Source: Eledone cirrhosa
Lineage: Eukaryota
Length of the DNA stretch: 64,000 bases
Assembly: GCA_964016885.1 (NCBI GenBank)
Contig: OZ024762.1
Span: forward strand, 12,648,001 to 12,712,000
Direction: 5' to 3'
Shown: positions 53,508-64,000 of the stretch, piece after piece
Numbering within the stretch: position 1 is the stretch's first letter
Layout: the number at the start of each line of letters is the position of its first letter
Notes under the pieces: generated by a model
What the model was told of the DNA's origin: nothing
The model's input: the letters and a program-made list of their open reading frames with translations, nothing else
The model's database searches: none
Program-made: the position numbers and the translations under genes

Positions 53508-53842
53508 TCTAAATATTTTTCTCGTGCAGGGTCAAGCAGTAATAAATACTGTGACAGGACTGTAAATTTGGGTGGGTTTCTTTACAGCTTGATGCCCTTC
53601 CTTAATGACATCTAAATGTTTTCTTCTCGTGCAGGGTCAAGCAGTAATACTGTGACAGGACTGTAAATTTGGGTGGGTTTCTTTACAGCTTGATGCCCTT
53701 CCTTAATGACATCTAAATGTTTTCTTCTCGTGCAGGGTCAAGCAGTAATACTGTGACAGGACTGTAAATTTGGGTGGGTTTCTTTACAGCTTGATGCCCT
53801 TCCTTAATGACATCTAAATGTTTTCTTCTCGCGCAGGGTCAA
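53508..53842 (+). repeat. ~101-bp tandem repeat that duplicates the 3' splice site of the ankyrin exon
   Basis: ctcgtgcag|ggtcaa ends at 53529, 53634, 53735; true acceptor ctcgcgcag ends 53836. Confidence 0.9.
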
Positions 53843-54073
53843 CCTGTAAATGTTCGAGACTATTGTGGTTGGTTACCGATACATGAAGCTGCAAATCTTG
53901 GCTACCATTACATTGTGGAATATTTGATGAAGCACGGCGCCGACATTGACGATGTCGGGGGCAAAGAATGTGGCCATGTGACCCCTCTTATTGACGCAGC
54001 CATCAACGGTAATATTGAAGTGATGCGAGTCCTCATTGACCATGGCGCCAACATATCAATTAAGGACTCCAAG
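53837..54073 (+). CDS. TONSL: TONSL ankyrin repeats 2-3 exon: GQPVNVRDYCGWLPIHEAANLG...GGKECGHVTPLIDAAINGNIEVMRVLIDHGANISIKDSK
   Basis: gcgcag acceptor, aag|gtaatc donor, 237 nt; RDYCGWxPxHEA and DDxGGxxCxxxTPL motifs characteristic of the TONSL ankyrin domain. Confidence 0.95.
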
Positions 54074-55401
54074 GTAATCTTAGCATTCTGGTATTATTTT
54101 TTAAATTTTTTATTTGTACTGGTTTTGTCATTGGACTGTGGCCCTGCTGGGGCACTGCCTTCCTTTACTGTATATGTACCTATATGTGTGAGGCGGTAGT
54201 GGTGGTGGTGGTCGTAGTGGTGGTGGTGGTCGTGGTCATGGTGGTGGTGGTGGTGGCGGTGGTGGTAGTGATATTGGTGGTAGTTGTGACAATGGTAGTA
54301 GTAGTGGTGGTGGTAGTGGTGGTGGTAGTAGTGATAGTGGTGGTGGTGGTGGTAGTGGTGGTGGTAGTAGTGATAATGGTGGTGGTGGTGGTAGTAGTGG
54401 TAGTGGTGGTGGTGGTAGTAGTAGTGGTGGTTGTAGTAGTGGTGGTGGTGGTGGTGGTGGTGGTCGTGGCCGTGGCGGTGGTGGCAGTGGTGGTGGTAGT
54501 GTTATTGGTGGTAGTTGTGACACTGGTAGTAGTGGTGGTGGTGGTGGTAGTGATAGTGGTGGTAGTGGTGGTGGTGGTGGTGGCGGTAGTAGTGGTGGTG
54601 GTGGTAGTTGTGACAATGGTAGTGGTGGTGGTGGTAGTAGTGATAGTGGTGGTGGTGGTGGTGGTGGTGGCAGTGGTGGTGGTGGTAATAGTGGTGGTTG
54701 TAGTAGAGGTGGTGTAGTAGTAGTGGTGGTAGTAGTAGTAGTGGAGATGTAGAATTTACCAGAAGACAATCCCGGATGTGAAGTGAATTCTTCGAAGTTT
54801 ATTGGTTGTCAGCAGCAGCTACTACTACTACCACCATTACTACTACTACTAGCATTACTACTACCACTACTGCTACTACTAATACCATTACTAACACTAT
54901 TACTAACACTATTACTAGTGCTGCTACTACTACTACTAATACTACGACCATTACTGCTAACACTACTACTACTACTATCACCACCACTACTACTACCACC
55001 ACAACTACTACTACTACTACCTCTACTACTACTACTACTACTACTACCAGTACTACTACTACTACTACTGCTAACACCACCACCACCACCACTACTACTA
55101 CTACTACCACCAATACTACCACCACCACCACTACTACTACTACTACCACTGCTAACACCACCACTACCACCACCACCACCACCACCACCATCACTACTAC
55201 TACTACCACTACTACTAATACTACTACTACTACCACTGCTAACACCACCACTACCACCACCACCACCACCACCACCACCACTACTACTACTACCACTACT
55301 ACTAATACTACTACTACTACCACTGCTAACACCACCACCACTACTACCACCACCACCTCCACTACTACTACTACTACTATGTATGTTTTTGTATGTTTCA
55401 G

Positions 55402-55522
55402 GAGCGAACTGCTCTGTCGTATTTGATGGAATGGCGAGAGAACTGTGATGATGTTGATGTGGAGGCTGAGATGCAGTACCAATGGATGGTTAGACACCTA
55501 CAGGAGAAGATGGGGATCTCAG
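55402..55522 (+). CDS. TONSL: TONSL exon after ankyrins: ERTALSYLMEWRENCDDVDVEAEMQYQWMVRHLQEKMGIS
   Basis: tttcag acceptor, g|gtaaat donor, open frame in the right phase; resembles TONSL LSPLETLQQW..DLDLET. Confidence 0.85.
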
Positions 55523-55866
55523 GTAAATAAAGGACCACCCCTCAAACCCTTCACCCCTCCCAAGGCAACGTGCATTCAAACATCTTAGTCCTGGAATCTG
55601 ACACCATCACAGTAGACATGTCCAACACCGTCAAGGTTGACAATTCCAACACCGTCACGGTTGACGACTCCAACACCGTCAAGGTTGACAAGTCCAACTC
55701 CGTCACAGTTGACAAGTCCAACACCGTCACGGTTGACGAGTCCAACACCATCACGGTTGACAACTCCAACACCATCATGGTCTACAAGTCCAACACCCTA
55801 ACCACCAGGCCATGCGCCCTTCACTAAAAAAATAACAACGGAAACACTGCTATATATTTTTTTACA

Positions 55867-58035
55867 GTCCTTGACAGAGCAAGGGACAGTGGGGCCAACC
55901 CTGGTCAGACTTGGCTCTGGTCCTTGACGGAGCAAGGGACAGTGGGGCCAACCCTGGTCAGACTTGGCTCTGGTCCTTGACGGAGCAAGGGACAGTGGGG
56001 CCAACCCTGGTCAGACTTGGCTCTGGTCCTTGACGGAGCAAGGGACAGTGGGGCCAACCCTGGTCAGACTTGGCTCTGGTCCTTGACGGAGCAAGGGACA
56101 GTGGGGCCAACCCTGGTCAGACTTGGCTCTCGTCCTTGACGGAGCAAGGGACAGTGGGGCCAACCCTGGTCAGACTTGGCTCTGGTCCTTGACGGAGCAA
56201 GGGACAGTGGGGCCAACCCTGGTCAGACTTGGCTCTGGTCCTTGACGGAGCAAGGGACAGTGGGGCCAACCCTGGTCAGACTTGGCTCTCGTCCTTGACG
56301 GAGCAAGGGACAGTGGGGCCAACCCTGGTCAGACTTGGCTCTGGTCCTTGACAGAGCAAGGGACAGTGGGGCCAACCCTGGTCAGACTTGGCTCTGGTCC
56401 TTGACAGAGCAAGGGACAGTGGGGCCAACCCTGGTCAGACTTGGCTCTGGTCCTTGACAGAGCAAGGGACAGTGGGGCCAACCCTAGTCAGACTTGGCTC
56501 TGGTCCTTGACAGAGCAAGGGACAGTGGGGCCAACCCTAGTCAGACTTGGCTCTGGTCCTTGACAGAGCAAGGGACAGTGGGGCCAACCCTAGTCAGACT
56601 TGGCTCTGGTCCTTGACAGAGCAAGGGACAGTGGGGCCAACCCTAGTCAGACTTGGCTCTGGTCCTTGACAGAGCAAGGGACAGTGGGGCCAACCCTAGT
56701 CAGACTTGGCTCTGGTCCTTGACAGAGCAAGGGACAGTGGGGCCAACCCTAGTCAGACTTGGCTCTGGTCCTTGACAGAGCAAGGGACAGTGGGGCCAAC
56801 CCTGGTCAGACTTGCCTCTGGTCCTTGACAGAGCAAGGGACAGTGGTGCCAACCCTGGTCAGACTTGGCTCTGGTCCTTGACAGAGCAAGGGACAGTGGG
56901 GCCAACCCTGGTCAGACTTGGCTCTGGTCCTTGACAGAGCAAGGGACAGTGGGGCCAACCCTGGTCAGACTTGGCTCTGGTCCTTGACAGAGCAAGGGAC
57001 AGTGGGGCCAACCCTGGTCAGACTTGGCTCTGGTCCTTGACAGAGCAAGGGACAGTGGGGCCAACCCTGGTCAGACTTGGCTCTGGTCCTTGACGGAGCA
57101 AGGGACAGTGGGGCCAACCCTGGTCAGACTTGGCTCTGGTCCTTGACAGAGCAAGGGACAGTGGGGCCAACCCTGGTCAGACTTGGCTCTGGTCCTTGAC
57201 AGAGCAAGGGACAGTGGGGCCAACCCTGGTCAGACTTGGCTCTGGTCCTTGACGGAGCAAGGGACAGTGGGGCCAACCCTGGTCAGACTTGGCTCTGGTC
57301 CTTGACGGAGCAAGGGACAGTGGGGCCAACCCTGGTCAGACTTGGCTCTGGTCCTTGACAGAGCAAGGGACAGTGGGGCCAACCCTGGTCAGACTTGCCT
57401 CTGGTCCTTGACAGAGCAAGGGACAGTGGGGCCAACCCTAGTCAGACTTGCCTCTGGTCCTTGACGGAGCAAGGGACAGTGGGGCCAACCCTGGTCAGAC
57501 TTGGCTCTGGTCCTTGACAGAGCAAGGGACAGTGGGGCCAACCCTGGTCAGACTTGGCTCTGGTCCTTGACAGAGCAAGGGACAGTGGGGCCAACCCTGG
57601 TCAGACTTGGCTCTGGTCCTTGACAGAGCAAGGGACAGTGGGGCCAACCCTAGTCAGACTTGGCTCTGGTCCTTGACAGAGCAAGGGACAGTGGGGCCAA
57701 CCCTGGTCAGACTTGGCTCTGGTCCTTGACAGAGCAAGGGACAGTGGGGCCAACCCTGGTCAGACTTGGCTCTGGTCCTTGACAGAGCAAGGGACAGTGG
57801 GGCCAACCCTGGTCAGACTTGGCTCTGGTCCTTGACGGAGCAAGGGACAGTGGGGCCAACCCTGGTCAGACTTGACTCTGGTCCTTGACGGAGCAAGGGA
57901 CAGTGGGGCCAACCCTAGTCAGACTTGGCTCTGGTCCTTGACGGAGCAAGGGACAGTGGGGCCAACCCTAGTCAGACTTGGCTCTGGTCCTTGACGGAGC
58001 AAGGGACAGTGGGGCCAACCCTGGTCAGACTTGCC
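55867..58035 (+). repeat. 53-bp GC-rich minisatellite, ~41 units
   Basis: GTCCTTGAC(A/G)GAGCAAGGGACAGTGGGGCCAACCCT(G/A)GTCAGACTTGGCTCTG. Confidence 0.97.
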
Positions 58036-58340
58036 TCCTGACGTGGACGACCTGTCTAACGCATTCTTGCAAGCATGGGAAAATGGATGCTGAATGGTGA
58101 TGATGATGATGGTGACGTTGATGGTGGTGGTGGTGGTGGTGATGGTGACGGTGGTGGTAATGGTGATAGTGATGATGGTAGTGGTGGTGATGGTGATGAT
58201 GGTAGTGGTGGTGATGGTGATGGTGACGTTGATGGTGGTGGTTATGGTGACGGTGGTGGTGATGGTGATAGTGATGATGGTAGTAGTGGTGATGGTGATG
58301 ATGGTAGTGATGTTGATGATGGTGCTGATGATGGTAGTGG

Positions 58341-58384
<44 letters not shown>

Positions 58385-58603
58385 ATCTTTGTTCCAAGTT
58401 TATCGTTATACCAACATACTAGACTTACTGGTGCCATTGGGCTGTTTGGTATTGTGGACACTTACAACAACAACAACAACAACAACAATGTCCACCAACT
58501 GGTAGACGTGTATATCTGTGTGATTATATCTGTATGTGTGTGTGTGTATATATCTGTGTATGTATAAATCTGTGTGTATGTTTGTATATATATATATATA
58601 TAT

Positions 58604-58930
58604 ACCGGTCTGATGTGTTGTTTTCTTGCTCAAGGAAACAACACATCAGACCGGGTGATGTGTTGTTTCCTTGAGCAAGAGACTTTATTTCACATTGCTC
58701 CAGTTTACTCAGCTGTAGAAATGAGATGATAGGGACTGGGGTCTCTATCATTCCACTGCAAAGTGGTCATGGAGGTGCCACGGCAAAAAAAAAAGCACCC
58801 AGCACTCACTGTAAAATGAGGTTGGTGTTAGGAAGGGCATCCAGCTGTAGAAATCATGCCAGAATCAGTTCCCGTCCCACCCTTGCAAGCAGGGAAAAGC
58901 GGACGTAAAATGAAATGAAATGAATGATGA
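58604..58930 (+). mobile_element. 5'-truncated SINE with short inverted 5' piece
   Basis: ccggtctgatgtgttgttttcttg-ct-caaggaaacaacacatcagaccgg hairpin followed by the SINE body. Confidence 0.8.
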
Positions 58931-59123
58931 TATATCTGTGTATGTATATCTATGTGTGTGTATGTATAACTGAATATGTATATCTGTGTATCTGTGTGTG
59001 TGTATATATATCTGTGTGTGTATATATATATATGTGTGTATGTATATCTGTGTATATGTATATATCTATGTGTGTAACTGTGTGTTACAGTATTCATCTT
59101 TTCCATCTGTTCATCTCCACCAG

Positions 59124-59253
59124 ATGTCACCATTCTGCACCGGACCCCAGATGTAAGATGTAATGACAATTCTGATGATAATGAAAGTCCCTCCATGCTT
59201 AGTGCAACATCCCGCAGGATGACAGACAGAAGAAGGAGAAGAAAGCAGAACGA
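59124..59253 (+). CDS. TONSL: Probable TONSL linker exon: DVTILHRTPDVRCNDNSDDNESPSMLSATSRRMTDRRRRRKQN
   Basis: Pyrimidine tract + caccag acceptor, phase-1 entry open frame, ga|gtaaat candidate donor; basic RRRRRK NLS-like run; poorly conserved region so homology not checkable by eye. Confidence 0.55.
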
Positions 59254-59437
59254 GTAAATATCTTAAAACTCTTAACATCTTGTAACAATTCAGCAGAAAA
59301 TGTCTAAGAACAAGGCTGTTAATTCAAATGTTTATAGTATCTTTACTGGTGGACAGATTGTAAAGATTTGTAGTTTTAAAGACTTCAATTTTTAATGGGA
59401 TGTTATCTAAGTCATGTAGTTTTCAAGAAAGTTTTAA

Positions 59438-59620
59438 CAATTGTTTCTACTTTTGGCACACGGCCAGCAATTACCCCAGTACATTACTGGTACTTTATTT
59501 TATCGACTCCGTAAGGATGAAAGGCAAAGTTAACCTCGGCGGGATTTGAACTCAAACTATAAAGGGGCGTAACTCTAGGCTGCAAAGCATGGCGTCCGAC
59601 CCTCTATCTGTACTGCCAAT
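59438..59620 (-). mobile_element. SINE with Nin/Deu-like domain
   Basis: Homologous to 50300-50485. Confidence 0.6.
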
Positions 59621-59973
59621 CCCTCACCCCCAAGAAAGTTTTAATAATGTGGTTTGTTAATTCAAATGTTTATAGTATCTTTACTAGTGGACAGATTATT
59701 GTGAAAATATTCAGTAAACTAAACTAAAGACTAATTTTTAACATGACACGGTCATAGTGTTTTGTTTTTCAAGAATGTCTTACCCATATTTTGTCATGCT
59801 ACCAATACTCTCACATTACGAGAAATAAGGTCATAACCGATTTCTTCTCGGGTAGGAAGGAGAGAAAGACAGAGGAAGTACCCACTCCTGTACAGGACTG
59901 GTAGTTCTTTTTTGTTATTGACCTTAAAAGAATGAATAAAGAACAATTCCATCTCACTCTCTCTCTCCGTCTA

Positions 59974-60058
<85 letters not shown>

Positions 60059-60239
60059 ATATATATATATATATGTGTGTATATATATATATGTATATAT
60101 ATATGTGTGTATATATATATATGTATATATATATGTGTGTATATATATATATATGTATATATATATATGTGTGTATATATATATATGTGTGTATATATAT
60201 GTGTGTATATATATATATGTATATATATATGTGTGTGTG

Positions 60240-60270
<31 letters not shown>

Positions 60271-60369
60271 GTGTGTATATATATATATGTGTATATATAT
60301 ATGTATATATATATATATGTGTATATGCATATATATGTATATATGTGTATATGTATATATATGTGTGTA

Positions 60370-61178
60370 TGGGATGGAAGAAGTTTAGGGAACTACTACC
60401 ACTGCTAGCTGCAAAAGGCTTCTCCCTCAGAATGAAAGGCAGACTGTATGATGCGTGTATCTGAACAGCGATGTTGCATGGTAGTGAGACCTGGGCGCTG
60501 AAGGTGGAAGACTTACGTAGATTAGAGAGAAACGAAGCCTGCATGCTCCGATGGATGTGTAACAGTAATATACGTGAACGACAAAGCATAAAGGAATTGA
60601 GAGAGAGACTGAGCATAAGAGGAATCAAATGCTGCGTGCAGGAGAGGCGGTTACGCTGGTATGGACATGTGATGCGTATGAAGGATGACAGCTGCATAAA
60701 AAGGTGCAGAGCACTAGAAGTTGATGGAAACCGCGGAGTGGGGAGACCCAAGATGACTTGGGATGAGGTGATAAAAGCCGACCTTACCCAACTACACCTC
60801 TCAAAGTCAATGACACACGACCGTGACTTCTGGCGTCACGCAGTAATACAGGGTACCCGACCTCCCATGGGTACATGCTGAAGCATATAAACAATATGCC
60901 CCCCCCCACCGCAAGGTGGTCGTGGAGGTGCCACGGCAAAAAAGCACCCAGCCCACACTGTAAAGTGGACGTGTAGGCGCCACGAAAAAGCACCCAGCAC
61001 TCACTGTAAATGAGGTTGGTGTTAGGAAGGGCATCCAGCTGTAGAAATCAAGCCAGATCATTTCCTGTATGAGCAAGGCATGGTCAGCCGACCAGACACT
61101 GCCCACAACAGGACAACCCGTCTAACCCATGCTAGCGTGGAAGAACGGACGTAAAACGGTGATGATGATGATGATGAT
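60370..61178 (+). mobile_element. RTE LINE 3' fragment
   Basis: [33 protein letters not shown]; (GAT)n tail. Confidence 0.88.
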
Positions 61179-61192
61179 GTGTATATATATAT

Positions 61193-63005
61193 AAAAATTT
61201 TGGATAGAGTCATCCCACAAATAAGAAAACACGTTATTTTACCACTCTGGGAAAACACTTCCCAGGTAATTAACTGGTTTAAAAATATTAGATGTAAATC
61301 TTCTGCTTCATTTCTACAATTTGATATAGATAATTACTATTCTTCTATATCACCTATACTCCTGAACAAAGCATTGATATTTGCTAAAAATAGATCTAAC
61401 TTAACTTTGGATGACATTAATATTATTACACATGCTAGACTAACACTTATTGAATTTCAGAATGAATACTGGACCAGAAACACATATAGTAATCTATTTG
61501 ATATTACTATGGGTTCAAGCGATTCCGCCCAAATTACTGATCTTGTGGGCCTCTTTCTCCTTTTCAACATAAATGCCTCCTTTCCCCACCTTAAAGGTGG
61601 TTTATATCGTGATGACTGTCTTCTTCTTTCCAACAACCTTAGCATTTCAGAAATAGAAAAAAACAAAAAGCATATTAGAACTTTCCTTAAAGACTATTAT
61701 AGTCTTCATATTACTTTTGAAAAAACAAGTAAAGTAGTAAATTTCCTAGATATAACTTTAGACTTAGCTACGGGTATCTACCAACCTTACCATAAACCCA
61801 ACCAAAACTTACACTACATACACTCACAATCTAATCACCCTAAATCTATCCTTAAAAACCTTGCATATAATATATCACTTAGAATTTCTAACCTTTCTTC
61901 TAACCAAGATGTATTTGATAAAAATGCGACCTTCTATAACGAAGCTCTAGATAGAAGTGGCCACAAAAATAGATTAGAATATATACCTTCTACTAAAAAT
62001 ACTATAAACATACAACCTAATATTACCAACAAACACCAAATGAAAAGTACACACCTAAATGCCACCCACACTATACCCCAAAATACCAACAACTCTTCTA
62101 ATATAAAGTATAGTAACTCTCAAAAAACTACTCATCATACAACTCTAATAAATGTTAATAATAAAACTCCTAATAAACAAGATAAAACACCTAAATCTAC
62201 AAATCTAACTAAAAATGTGCGTGGTGAGATCATTAACATTAATCCTCCTAGTAAACATCACGATACAACCTATAAAAATAATAAACAACATAGAAACCGT
62301 AATAGACGGGTTACTTGGTATAATGCTCCATTTAATTTACAAATTAAGGATAATATTGCTAAAAAATTTTTTTATATCCTAGAGAAAAACTTCCCGCCAA
62401 ACCACAAATACCATCAAATCTTAAATAGGTCTACAGTTAAATTCTCATACTCAACAACAAATAACATAAAACAAAATATAAGTGCCTATAATGCATATAA
62501 ATGTAAGAATACCATAAGTATACCACCAATACATCAAACTAACCATAATATCTCATCAAATACAGAATTAACGAAAGGTTGTAACTGTAGAAACAAAGCA
62601 AACTGCCCATTAAAAGGAAATTGTCTTGTTAACAACATAGTTTATAAATGTAATGTTAAAACTAAAGATTCTATTTGTTCATATATAGGAGCTACTTCTA
62701 ACAATTTTAAGGCAAGGTTTAATACCCACAAACATAGTTTTAAAAATGCCGCACTGGCTAATACAACATCTCTAGCAGAAAAAATCAATAGTTATAAAAA
62801 TAAGAATATAGAATATGATATGACCTGGAGTGTGCTCAAAAGAGCCACCCCTTATCAAAATAATAGAAATGAATGTAGATTATGTTCCCAAGAACTATTT
62901 GAAATAATGAAATCTAAGGATATCCTATTAAATAAACGACAGGAATTAATTATATCGTGTAATCATAAACTAAGAAAAACATTTAAATATTATAAACCTA
63001 ATTAA
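61193..63005 (+). CDS. Penelope-like element ORF (5'-truncated): reverse transcriptase + C-terminal GIY-YIG endonuclease
   Basis: RT: QFDIDNYYSSI, TMGSSDSAQITDLVG, GLYRDD, NFLDITLDL, YHKPN..YIHSQSNHP; linker CNCRNKANC (CxCx5C); EN: IVYKC..YIGAT..FKARFNTH, CRLC..E, LN; uninterrupted ~600 codons. Confidence 0.9.
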
Positions 63006-63485
63006 TAACATTATTTTAGAAATTAATATATATTTTAATTTAAATGTTTGTTAACCTATAAATTTAATTTAATTAAAATTCTACTACAGATGAGATTATA
63101 AAATATTGTGTAATCATAAATTGCGAATAACTTTTAAATATTACTAATATATACTTCGTAAATTAATTTATAGATTAATTTTAATTTATTTAACCTTTTA
63201 TTAAAATTCCTTTACAGATAAAATATAACAAAATATCGTGTATTCAATGACAGAGAAATAATTTTTAGTATTATAGACCTAATTAATGTAGATTTTAGAA
63301 ATATATTTATAATTTGGTTTTAAATTTGGTTAACCTAAAAGTTTAATTTAATTGGCTTAAAATTAATATCCTAATACAGATGGATTGCAGAGTGTCATGT
63401 AATCATAGACTGAGATAGGTTTTGGATGTATACCTAGTTAATATATTCTTTGCAATTTTTGAAAAAATATGTATGTGTATGTGTA

Positions 63486-63543
<58 letters not shown>

Positions 63544-64000
63544 TATGTGTATGTATTAATTTTAATTTCTGTTTACCTATAATTATATTCTACTATGGAT
63601 AAAATACAATATCTGTTTTAATTATTATAAACCTAATTAACATATACTATAGAAATTAATATATAAATTTTAAATTAGTTTACCTATAATTTATATTCTA
63701 CTACCGATGTAATACTTTATTTGTTTTTTTCCCTATTACTAAATTCATTTCCTAATATTGATACCATAACGTTAATAATTTTAATTTAGTTATACTATAA
63801 TTAATACTCTACTACTATTTAACTTCAAAATTCCGCTTCAAATATTATAAACCTAAGTAGTATACACCTTAGAAATCAATATATTAACTATCTTTAATTT
63901 AGTTAACCTATAATTAATGGTATACTTATATTGAAATGCATAATTTTGCCTTCTTTCTTACATTTCCTAATACTGAAACTACTATGTAAACGCATATTAT
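63006..64000 (+). repeat. AT-rich PLE 3' region made of degenerate repeats of the ORF end
   Basis: Recurring tgtaatcata, tattataaacctaattaa, ttaacctataa..ttctactac motifs. Confidence 0.55.

Noticed and set aside
54184-55497. Poly-V/T/P/L ORFs, and the poly-D/G ORF at 58075-58422
   Set aside because: Trinucleotide (GGT/ACT/GAT) microsatellites in introns
55570-55827. VDxSNTVT 8-aa repeat ORF as a TONSL exon
   Set aside because: 24-bp minisatellite just after a donor site with no convincing acceptor
55867-58035. CRISPR-like regular array
   Set aside because: No unique spacers, eukaryotic context, no cas genes; a simple tandem repeat

Overview
AT-rich, microsatellite-dense animal genomic DNA; the repeat content suggests an octopus/cephalopod (inference). 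The window covers nine + strand coding exons of a TONSL (tonsoku-like/NFKBIL2) orthologue: TPR region, acidic linker, ankyrin repeats and the start of the post-ankyrin linker. Its introns (one is ~32 kb) hold a near full-length CR1/L2-group LINE, a near full-length RTE LINE plus many RTE fragments, tRNA-derived SINEs with RTE-type tails, a dead mariner, a 5'-truncated Penelope-like element (RT + GIY-YIG), several minisatellites, an ~11 kb inverted duplication and a 200-N gap. The most notable signal is non-coding: at least five unrelated families of type I hammerhead ribozymes (CUGANGA...GAAA...NUH with paired stems read directly from the sequence). Most lie in head-to-head fold-back insertions within (TA)n tracts, and one forms a 493-bp tandem 'retrozyme' array with five identical ribozymes on the sense strand of the TONSL pre-mRNA. 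All calls were made by eye; no searches or folding programs were run.
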